In this document: positions 47,020-64,000 of the stretch, piece by piece
Layout: each line of letters opens with the position of its first letter
Position numbering within the stretch: the first letter of the stretch is position 1
Assembly: GCF_009914755.1 (NCBI RefSeq)
Contig: NC_060947.1
Reading direction: 5' to 3' (one strand)
Source of the DNA: the human T2T-CHM13v2.0 reference genome, Homo sapiens
DNA: 64,000 nucleotides
Translations under genes and position numbers: made by a program
Notes under the pieces: generated by a model
Told to the model about the DNA's origin: nothing
Databases searched by the model: none
What the model saw: the letters and a program-made list of their open reading frames with translations, nothing else

Positions 47020-47386
47020 TGTATTAGTCTGTTCTCACACTGCTAATAAAGACATACCCGAGACTGGGTAATTTATAAAGGAACAAGGTTTAATGGACTC
47101 ACAGTTCCACATGGTTGGAGAGGCCTCACAATCATGGCAGAAGGCAAGGAGCAGCAAGTCATGTCTTACATGGATGGCGGCAGGCAAAGAGAACTTGTGT
47201 AGGGGAATGCCTCTTTATAAAACCATCAGATCTCATGAGACTTATTCATTATCATGAGAATAGCTCAGGAAAGACCCACCCCCATGATTCAATTACCTCA
47301 CACTGGGTCCCTCCCACAACACGTGGGAATTGTAGGAGCTACAATTTAAGATGATATTTGGGTGGGGACACAGCCAAAACATATCA
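47020..47386 (-). mobile_element. THE1B-type solo LTR
   Basis: TGTATTAGTCTGTTCTCACACTGCTAATAAAGACATACCCGAGACTGGG...CAGCCAAAACATATCA; TSD CAAAT/CATAT. Confidence 0.92.
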
Positions 47387-48289
47387 CATATCCAGCAAAT
47401 GACATTAGAGGTATGCCAAGAGTTGGCTGATTTAACTTCTCACTAAGATGTAAAGGGCTGGCACTGGACCCCTTCCCTAGTAGGTTTTGATAGGAAGAAT
47501 GGAAGGGTAGGCTTCTGAGGCAGGGAGCAATGCCAAGAAAAGGAAGAACACACAATGGGAAACAAAGTGCCCGAAGGGCTCAAATAAGATGTTCAATTTG
47601 AGGGCAGAGGCAGGCAATAAGACACCAAACCATAAACAAAGCTGGTCTGAGTATTTGTTTTCTTTGTTCTGCACCTCCTGGAAGCAAGTGCAGCAGGGAA
47701 AGGCCAGGAATTCTGAAAAATAAAGGTTCATGTTAGCATCAGTCCCAACTCACCAAGCCAAGCTGTCCTAGAGATTTTAGCTGTGCAGCATTCATCCTCA
47801 TTGCCCTATGGGTTCTGGTCAATGGAAACTGGTTTGCTCTTAGAAGGATTTTGCAAGCTGACTTCAGTCCCTGACAACATCTGTACTCTCTTGCTTCCCT
47901 TAGAACTTGAAATAATATTTAGGGACTGTCTTGAAACACTGAGTGCTGTCTGGTTCTTTAGTTAGGTACTTCCTCTATCATCTCATCCTGTCCACTGAAG
48001 GCCCCAGCTTCTATGAAACAAGCAGGCTGCAGGCTGCCTTGGTCACATGGTGCCTGGTTGTGTTACCACTGCCCCAGTTTATGCTATCACATTACCACTT
48101 AGGCTTCTTGGGATCAGAGCTTGAGGCCCCCATCCAAGATGACAGCACATTAACTTGTGCTGCCCCAGAGAAGGCCCTGCATAACCTGAGACCCCCATTA
48201 CTGTGACTGGAATGAATGAAACCAAAACACACGCTTCATTGGAGAAACCTTGGTGGAGCAATTTCAAAAGGACTTGAAAATCACACAAA

Positions 48290-49275
48290 TCATGGGAATG
48301 TCAATTAGTGCAGCCACTGTGGAAAACAATTTGGTGGTGTCTTAGTCTGTTCTGTGCTGCTATAACAGAATACCTGAGAGTGGGTAATTTGTGATGAACA
48401 GGTATTTACTGGCTTACAGTTCTGGAGGCTGTGAAGTCCAATATCAAGACACTGGCATCTGACAAGGGCCTTCTTGCTGTGTCCTCACATGGCAGAAGGT
48501 GAAAAGGAGAGAGAGAGGACAAGAGGGGGACCAAACTCACCCTTTTATAATGGCACGAATCCCACCCATGAGGGTGGAGCCCTCATGGCCTATTACCTCT
48601 CAAAGTTCCCATCTCTTGATACTGTTTCAATGGCAATTAAATTTTAATATGCATTTTTGGAGGGGACAAACATTTAAATCATAGAGGGTGGTAACTAAAC
48701 AAGTTAAACATAGACTTGCTATGTTTATGCAGTTCCACTCCTGGGTGTATACCCAAAAGATCTGAAAATAGGTGTTCAAACCAAAACTTGTACACAAATG
48801 TCCATAGAAGCATTATTCATAAATAGCCAAAAGGTGGAAACAACACAAATGTCTATCAACTGAGGAATGGATAAACAAAAGTTGGTATATCCATACAGTG
48901 GAATATTACTTAGCCATAAAAAGAAATGAAGCACTGATAACAGTCTACAGCATGGATGAACATTGAAAACATTATGCTAAGTGAAAAAAGTCACAAAGAG
49001 CCGATATTATATGATTCAATTTATATAAAATGTCCAGAATAGGCAAATCCATGGAGACAAAGTAGTTAGTGGTTGCCAGGGGCTGGGAGGACAGAGGAAT
49101 GGGAAATAACTGCTTAATTGAAAAGGGGTGATGAAAATGTTTTGGGCCTAGATAGCAGTAATGGTTGCATGATGTTGTGAATATACTAAATGTCACTAAA
49201 TTATACCCTTTAAAATGGTTAAAATGGTAAATGTATGAGTATTTTAGTATAATTTTTAAATTAAATAAAATTTTC
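48290..49275 (+). mobile_element. L1MB 3' end interrupted by MLT1A/MST LTR (48338-48686, minus, TSD GGTGG)
   Basis: GCAGCCACTGTGGAAAACAATTTGG...CCAAAAGGTGGAAACAAC...AAATGGTTAAAATGGTAAAT. Confidence 0.85.
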
Positions 49276-49469
49276 AAAAAAACAGTTTTAAATACTTCCT
49301 TCCTCCCCATATTTTTCCTTCTTTGAACAACCTTGCAGAAAATGCAGTCAAGAAGTAGTATTTGAATTTTGAAGTCTTAGAAGTTTTTAAAAAACAGCTA
49401 GTATCAGTTGAATTTTACCTTTTCAACATGTTATTCATTATAAAATATATGGAATTATTTAAATTCATT

Positions 49470-52820
<3,351 letters not shown>

Positions 52821-53274
52821 TTGAATAGAGACTCTATGTAGAGAATAATATTGTGTCTACCACTGTTGAATGTCTCGGCCTTGATAATTATATTGTTTTT
52901 TCATAAGAGTTTCCTTGTTCATAAGAGACACATGCTGAAGTATTCAGGGTGGGGTAAAAGGTTATCACGTCTACAACTTGTGCTCAAATGGTTCATTTAA
53001 AGTTATGGAGCGAGAGGGAAAGAGGGAGAGAAAGCAAATATGGTAAAATGTTAACAATACATAAATCCAGGTGAATGGTGTACAAGTATTTGTTGTACTG
53101 TTCTTGTTGTTACTTTTGTGTAGGTATTAATTTTTCTAAATAAGTTTTAGTTGTCATGGAATATGATGAAATGTTCTATGATGAGGCCCTGAGGGAAGGG
53201 GGGACAGCAGCCTCATGATCCCTGCTGCCTTGTCAATGCCCCAGGAAGGTGGCAAGACCTTGGAGGGTATAGCC

Positions 53275-53398
53275 ATGTGATACGTTAAGGGACACTGAGT
53301 CCCAGGGACAGGTGCTCAGCAAGTAACTGGTAGAGCCAAGATTTGAACTCAGGCAGCCTGACTTTAGAGTCTAGGCTCTTATCCCCTCTGCCATGCTT
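53275..53398 (-). mobile_element. MIR
   Basis: AGAGCCAAGATTTGAACTCAGGCAGCCTGACTTTAGAGTC. Confidence 0.75.
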
Positions 53399-53418
53399 TT
53401 GGGTGGCTGCGCATCTAC

Positions 53419-54098
53419 CCATAAGGCCAGTTTTCCCTGTACAATTCCCACTTCTAGCTCCCAGCTTGCAACATAGAACCTGTGATTTATTAGAGGAAGA
53501 TGCTACTCTGTGGTGTAAGAGAAATGTCAGAAGCCTATCCCAGCTCAACAGAGCACAGGAAAATTATTCATTCCATCCCTCTCAATAGGCAGCCAAACTT
53601 TCCATACTGCAGATGACTAACAGGTAGAGCTGATTGTGCCCAGGAGGGCAGGACTCTACTGCCAAATGTCCTGGCTGGTGATGCTTTCCCCTCCTGCAAA
53701 GAGTGAGGTTCTTCCAAGCGACATTGGTATTCTCCATCTCCCCCACGGGTGTGTGACTTAGGTAAGCCTGCCAAAGTCGCACACTGCACCTCATCCAGGG
53801 CCTTAAAAGAACTGGTCCTGCACTGACGGCAACTTGCGAAGCATAATGAATTGCAGATTCCTTCTGGAGATGCTTCAGCTCCTTGATGTCTCAGATGTGT
53901 GGCCAGCATGGAGCGCTCCTTGGCAGCGAGGATCCTTCCGCCTCCAGCTGGAGAGGAGGTCCAGATGACAGAAACCAAGGGTATCACTCAGATAGAGCAT
54001 GGGTTTCCCAAGACTCTGTGGAGCAGGCTCACATACATGAATGGGGCTTTGGGGAGCCTACCCTTTCAGCAGATCCAAACCACACAGATCACAGAGAT
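53419..54098 (-). pseudogene. Candidate exon B: P-loop/helicase-like region of GREB1-family pseudogene
   Basis: Acceptor TTTTCCATAG| (AG 54100-54099) and donor TTATGG|GTAGAT; 680 nt, phase 1 to 0. Contains PQSLGKPMLYL (~54021-53989), WPHI*DIKEL (~53905-53876) and LQYGKF/AAY (~53612-53584) in shifting frames. Confidence 0.6.
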
Positions 54099-55246
54099 CT
54101 ATGGAAAATAATGTCTTCCTCATGAGTTGACTCAATGTTAGCAATAGTCTTTGGTTTGGCTCAGTGGCACTCTGGGTGGAGAAATGATGCAAAGAGCTTT
54201 TTCTCTAAGAAAAGGGGGCAACAAAGTTGGCAAAGGACATGCTCTGTAACCTCAAGAAAGGCCTTCCCAAGATAGCATTTGCTTTCTGTTCAGGGAAGCA
54301 CCATGGGCTTTGGTTCTGTGACTAGTGTTTCCAGTTATATTTCTTACCTATTATTATCAAACCATAAAACTAATATGGATGCAGCTGTCTATAAATTTGA
54401 TTCTTCCCCAAACCCTGAGAGGTAACTGTCATATATCCCATTTTACAAATAAGTAACCAAGTTAATATAAACCAAAATGATTTTAATTTTAAGCAAGATC
54501 AAGTTAGAAGCAGAGTACATTCAACAACATGGACAAATCTCATAGATATTAAGTCAAATGAATGAAGCCAGGCAAGAAAGAACACATACTATATGATTCC
54601 AGTTATATGAAGTTCAAAAACAGGCGAGAAAAGAAATCAGAACAGTGGTTACTTCTGGGAGGGTGGTATTGACTGGCAAGAGGCATGAGGGAGCCTTCAG
54701 GGATGCTAGAAAGTTCCATATCTTAATTTCAGTGGTAGTTCCACGGGTGTAGACATATACAAAAGTTCATCAAGCTGTACTCTTTAAGATTTATGCACTC
54801 TATTTAAATTATCTCTCAAAAAAGAGGTCACAATTTTTACAGAAATCTTAAAAGAAAATATAAGAAATCTTAAAGAAAATTTGGGGTTTTGAAGATGCAA
54901 AACCCCAAATTAACAATCAGCCTTTATTTAGATGGGTGTGAGCAAATCCGTTTATATCAGTTACCATAAAAATTCAGTTAAGCTTTAGTTATTCTGTATG
55001 TTGACATCATAAAGTTGCCCTTAAAAAGAAAACAACAAAAATCCAAAGAAGCGTCCTAAAACGTTGAAAGGTTTGCTTCCAAGGACTGTTGACTTGTAAA
55101 CTTGGAGCTATGAATGCTTCTTATAGGAACTTACATTTCTTAGAATGTTTACTTAAAGTTGTGGCCTCTGATTGCTATGAATGGTTGATTTTACTCAACT
55201 ACCTTTGATTACCTGGATGGCCATGACTGTGATCTAATTCTAAATA

Positions 55247-55566
55247 CAGTCATGTGTTACCTAACAATGGAGAATGTTCTCAGAAATGCCTTGTTAGGCA
55301 ATTTCATCATCTTGCAAACATCATAGAGTGTACTTACACAAACCTAGATGGTATAGCCTACTACATACCTAGGCTACATGATATAGCCTATTGCTCCTAG
55401 GCTATAAACCTGTCCAGCATGTTACTGTACTGAATACCATAGGCAACTGTAACACAATGTAAGTATTTGTGAGATAGTGATTTTTCAGCTCCATTATAAT
55501 CTTATGGGACCACTGTCCTATATACATTTTTTCATTGACTGATTGTCGTTATGTGGTGCATGACTG
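55247..55566. mobile_element. Tigger3-derived MITE
   Basis: TIRs CAGTCATG...CATGACTG flanked by TA on both sides. Confidence 0.88.
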
Positions 55567-55687
55567 TAATTCAACCATGCACTTCTGGGAATTAAGAGCA
55601 TAGTTAAAGGCATTTCTCCTTGAAAGACATTTAGAAGATAAGGCTACCAAATGTGAGAAACAGGCTTGGAGTTTAGAGATTTAAGGT

Positions 55688-56430
55688 GTATTAATGTGAT
55701 TATGGAGGCTATGCAGGGTAGACCAGTAGGCTGGAGACCCAGGGAAAAGTCAATGTTGAAGTTCAAGTTTGAAGGCAGTATGCTGGCAGAATTCCTTCCT
55801 GCTTGAGGAAGGTCAGTCTTTTGTTCTATTCAGGCCTTCAACTGATGGGATGAGCCCCACCCACTTTATGAAGGGCAATGTGCTTTACTCAATCTACCAA
55901 TCCCAATGTTAATCTCACTCAAAAACGTTTGACCAAATATCTGGGCAAAATGGCTCAGGCAGGTTCACACATAAAATTAAACATCACAAGTCCATCCCTT
56001 GTGAACCTGGCATTTATATGCATCTCCTTAAGCCACACTTAGTCTCTAAATAGAGATAATAACAAGGTCATAATTCCACCTAACATGATAGAACCATCCT
56101 GCATACAACTGAAAACCCACTAACCCCTTCCCCAGAAGAGAAGGTAAAGTCTTTAATGTTTACCCTTCTCTTTGACGTCCCATAACTTAAATACTATGAT
56201 GTAAAGTGAATAATACCTAAATACTATGATATAAAATCAACACATCTTATGTTACATAACAAGGGGATAAGAAAGGGAAGAAACAAAAGGTATTTCACAC
56301 ACACAAACATAGTCACAACAAAATAAGAAATACTCATGACGATTACAGTTCTGGTTTCTATGCTAGTCACATAGTCATAGCTGATGTTTATGACTACCTT
56401 CCTTCACTATCCATCAGTATTCCCTTTGCT
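55688..56430 (-). mobile_element. MLT2B-type LTR plus adjacent ERVL internal 3' end
   Basis: GCTGGCAGAATTCCTTCCTGCT...ACATAAAATTAAACATCACA followed by AGTCCATCCCTTGTGAACCTGGCA. Confidence 0.8.
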
Positions 56431-57363
56431 CTAAGAATCCTATCCTCATACAACAGCATCCAAAGGCTAGACTTGGGAAGGAAAATACCTCTTTACCTCC
56501 AATATTTTCTTAAAAGTCAGGAAAACTTTCCCAGAAGTCCCCAGACAGTTCCATATGTCTCATTAATCACAACTGCCTTCCAGGCCCATTCATAAACCAG
56601 TCAATAGCAAGCAGAACAGAATTTCCATGATTGGCTTAAATTAAGATTCTTCCCAAGGATTGGGGTGGGTGGGGGGGACGGGGGGAGGGGGTGATGTCTG
56701 ACACCTGAACAAAATCAAGGCTCTCTTCAAAAGAAGAAACGCAAAATGGCCGAACCAAGATGCAACCAACAGTATCTGTCACACAAAGTCAGGAACAAGA
56801 CAAGTACAATATTACTACTGTTCAACAATGTCCTAGAATCCTAGACAAGGCATTAGGACAAGAAAAAGAAATGAAATACAAATAAAAGAGGAGAACATTG
56901 TCAGAGTATATTCTGACAGTATGATTTTCTGGCAAATCAACTGAAAATGAACAGACATGTTAGCGATGAAAATTATAAGTTGTAATAGAAAAAAATCTCT
57001 TTTTCAATAGCTACAAAAATGATAACATACCTTTGAATATGTCTAAGAAGAAATGCAAAAAATAATAAAAAGCTAAGTAATTGACATGTATTTGCAGTAG
57101 CAAATTAAGTACTTAGTCCTTTCAAGATTAAATAGAATCCTCTCAAGAATCCAAAGAGCTAGCACTCTTATTATCTCCTCTTGCCCTGTGAAGAAGCTAG
57201 AACACAGATTAGCTACGTTATTTAAGGTTGCACAGCTACTAAGCATCAGAGCTGAGAATAGAACCCAAGAAGTTGGCTCGGGAGCTGGTGTTTGAACTAC
57301 TACATTGCATCAGCTCCTGAAGAGAAATTGATGAAACCTGACTGAACCATATATTGCAAGATA

Positions 57364-57652
57364 ATTTTTTCTAAGACAGGGTCTCACTGTGATGCCCAGG
57401 CTGGAGTACAGTGATGCAGTCATGGCTCACTACAGGATCAACCTCCTGGGCTCAAGCAATCCTCCTGCCTCGGCCTCCCAAGTAGCTGAGACCACATGCA
57501 TGTGCCACCATGCCCTGCTAGGTTTTGTACTTTTTGTAGAGATGGGGTCTCGCCATGTTACCCAGGCTGGTCTCAAAATTCCCAGCTCAAGCGATCATCC
57601 CACCTCAGCCTCCCAAAGTGCTGGGATTACAGGCATGAGCCACCGTGCCTGG
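57364..57652 (-). mobile_element. AluJ
   Basis: CCTCCTGGGCTCAAGCAATCCTCC; diverged dimer. Confidence 0.9.
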
Positions 57653-58207
57653 CACAAGAGGATTTTTCAGACCTTCATAGGATGATTCTAAAATTCACAT
57701 GGAAATAAGAATGCACTGGAATAGGCACGACATTGTTTAAAAAAAGAGCAATAAGGGAATGTCTTCTTCTACCAGATAGAAGAGCATGCTATATAGCTAT
57801 GATAATTAAAAATAGTACAGTATTGGCACAAAAAACAATAGAGCAATAGAAAGGAATTCAGATCCCCTAATAAAGAGACTCATTTGGAGATTAAGTACAA
57901 GCCTTTCAGTGACCTGTATGTATGTATCCCTCTTGAGTAGATACCTAGAAGTCGAACTTGGGGCAGGAACTCTATTCTGGTCTATGGCTGCAAACATCCT
58001 TGGTTCAAATCCTGGGTCAACCACTTGCTAGATGGCCCCCCATGTGCCTGTTTCTTCATAAGTAAAGAGGAAATGCTCAGAGTACCCACCTCATAGGATT
58101 TCTATGTGAGGATTAAATGAGTTAATATTGATGATGTGCTTTGACTGGTACCCAGCACATAGCAAGCGCAATTGAAGTGTTTGTTAATTAAATAAATAAA
58201 ATAAATA

Positions 58208-58762
<555 letters not shown>

Positions 58763-58769
58763 TAGATAA

Positions 58770-60720
<1,951 letters not shown>

Positions 60721-60744
60721 TAAGATGATGTATTTCTTTAGATT

Positions 60745-60930
60745 CATGGGTCTTAATCATGGCTGTGCATTAGAATCTATGCATTAGAATCAACTGTGGA
60801 GTTTTTAAAACTCCCAATGTCCGGGCAGTGCCCCGGACAATTACATCGGAATCATGCATAGGACTCAGGTATAAGGGCTTTGAAAGCTCCCAGGTGATTC
60901 TAATGTAAAGCCAATGATGAGAATCACTGA
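60745..60930. mobile_element. MER5A-type
   Basis: GCATTAGAATCAACTG...AGCTCCCAGGTGATTCTAATG. Confidence 0.75.
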
Positions 60931-60992
60931 ATTCACTCTGTCTCTTAAACACACACACACTTTTATGTGAACACATAGAATAACAGGCATGA

Positions 60993-61365
<373 letters not shown>

Positions 61366-61379
61366 GGAAGTGTTAATCT

Positions 61380-61617
61380 AGGGCTGAGATCAGCAAACTG
61401 GATTTGGCCCATGGACCAAATTCAACCAGCAGCTGTTTAATAAATATAGTTTTATTGGAACACAGCCATGCCCATTTTGTTTACCTATTACCTGTGGCCG
61501 CTTAGTTGCTACAGTGGTAGAGTCCAGCGGTTGTGACATAGGGACCATATGACCTACAATGCCTATCATATGTACTGTCTGAAGCTTTACAGAAAAAGTT
61601 TGCTGATCACAGCTCTA
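61380..61617 (+). mobile_element. MER58A-type hAT
   Basis: AATATAGTTTTATTGGAACACAGCCATGCCCATT...TTTACAGAAAAAGTTTGCTGA. Confidence 0.85.
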
Positions 61618-61801
61618 GAAAAACTTTAATCTGTGTTTTTGAAAATAGAGAATTCACTCACATTTGTTTAATTTTAAAATACTTAAACACTGATAAATAA
61701 AAATGTAGATATCCAAACTAGGAAAGGAGAAAAGTATGAAAAGATATAGCATATTAATGAATTAATTAATGCTGATGTCTATATAATGGGATTATTTGTG
61801 A

Positions 61802-62389
<588 letters not shown>

Positions 62390-63003
62390 TATATTTCTAA
62401 AAAACACAAAACTTATTTGAACAAGCCATCTGGGTCTGCTTTGATGAGGGTGTGTCCTCCTGCACATTGTATGTCTCTATCGGGTTGTCCCACAGGAACT
62501 TGAAATGCAACTTGTACAGAACCAAGCTTTCATATTTCCTCCTTTCTCAACCCAACCCCACAGGCAGTGGGCTCCTCCTGCTGCTTCCCTGGAGCCAGTC
62601 CCCTTCCACTCTGTGCCATAAGTCCTCAGCTGCAGAATTAGCTTTGCATTATCCTTCACACCACACGAACTGCCCTCCTTCCTCCGGCTCCCTTCTAGCC
62701 CCCTTTCCCCACTGTCACCAAAGTCATCTTTCTAAGATGGAAATCAAATTGAAGCGGCCTCTTGTCTGGAGAGGGTGATGGAGGGGATAATTACGGTGAC
62801 CCCACTTGGCTTCCATCTTTTGCTGGTGTCACCCACTGACTCTGTTGATGCAGTTCATACAGGTCAGCCTCCCGGGCCACGGGAGAGGATGGAGAAGGTG
62901 GAAAGTGGGATTTTGATAGTAGAAGCAGAAGATACACAGCACCGCAACTAGCCAAAATGAAACAGATTGCTCTCCAACCTGCCTTTGCTGAACGTGCATG
63001 TAC

Positions 63004-63267
<264 letters not shown>

Positions 63268-63876
63268 TGAGGTCCACACCGCCTCTGGATGCCTATGCCC
63301 TTGTGCTTTGACCATTTGATGATGCCTCCTTAAACTTTTCTGTAACCATAGGCCAGTGTGGCCTCCAAGAGAAAGTGTTGCTGGAGCCGAGGCATGGATC
63401 ATGAGAAGAGGAATCTGTGCAGAGATCTAGAGGGGGGGCCACTCTATGCAGAAGAAAACAGCAAGTTCAAAGCTCTGAAACAGAAGAGAGCTTGGGTGAA
63501 ATGTTTGAGAAACAGACAGTAATCATGCAATCCAGTGTGCAGAGCTGAATGCTTGTCCATAACGAGAATGATCAGCTCCACAACCCCACACATAAACAGC
63601 CCTCCATCACTGGGTGGGAAAGGAAGCCTTACTTTGACAATGTGTTTCAGTTCTCTGGATCTGCTGGCTCATCTGTGAAGTGGGAGGCTTGGCTGGATCG
63701 AGCCTCAATTCACCTTCTACTCTAAAAAGGTCTAACTCTTTCATCCTACAAGGAAAACAGCTGCCAGTGTCATTAGTTTATTTGAAAATACTGAGTGGGC
63801 ATCTGCTATGTGTTCACTATGGAGCCAGGGCAGCCCACACTGTCAGTGCACCAATGGTAACACCCTTGGCACTCAC

Positions 63877-64000
63877 CGTTCCCATGCCCAATGGTGGATT
63901 CTTCCTGCAAGCACCCCTCACTCTCCAGCCAGGGGCTGTGTCTGGCTATGGTGGGCCTGTGCTGAGCCAGCTTGCAGGGAAGGCCAGGGTGACAGGGAGT
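63877..64000 (-). pseudogene. Candidate exon A (5' boundary uncertain)
   Basis: Strong donor AACG|GTGAGT (GT 63876-63875). Open frame ...LAQHRPTIARHSPWLESEGCLQEESTIGHGN ends in phase 1, matching the phase-1 start of exon B. No clear motif match. Confidence 0.4.

Noticed and set aside
53760-53790. VCDFG as a kinase DFG motif on the minus strand
   Set aside because: No HRD, APE or VAIK motifs at proper spacing; the region is better explained by other frames.

Overview
Primate (human-like) genomic DNA, repeat-dense, with no intact protein-coding gene. Most of the window is interspersed repeats: about 25 Alu/FLAM copies, a full-length but disabled L1PA3/4-type LINE-1 (8087-14226, minus), old L1M/L1MA/L1MB/L2/MIR fragments, four THE1-type solo LTRs, MLT1/MLT2/LTR33/ERVL-type LTRs and hAT/Tigger DNA transposons, often nested. 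The main unexpected signal is a chain of repeat-free blocks on the minus strand (~63.9k, 54.1-53.4k, 46.0-45.6k, 39.9-39.6k, 35.9-35.8k, 29.0-28.3k, 26.1-25.7k, 24.4-24.1k). They are bounded by canonical AG/GT sites with mutually compatible reading-frame phases. Their stop- and frameshift-interrupted translations resemble, in the correct order, the C-terminal half of GREB1/GREB1L (helicase-like P-loop, TAGT glycosyltransferase, GREB1 C-terminal domain). I interpret this as an intron-containing, disabled, divergent GREB1-family paralogue. GREB1 residues were compared by eye from memory, so the call needs tblastn/HMM confirmation. Repeat subfamily names and many repeat boundaries are approximate.
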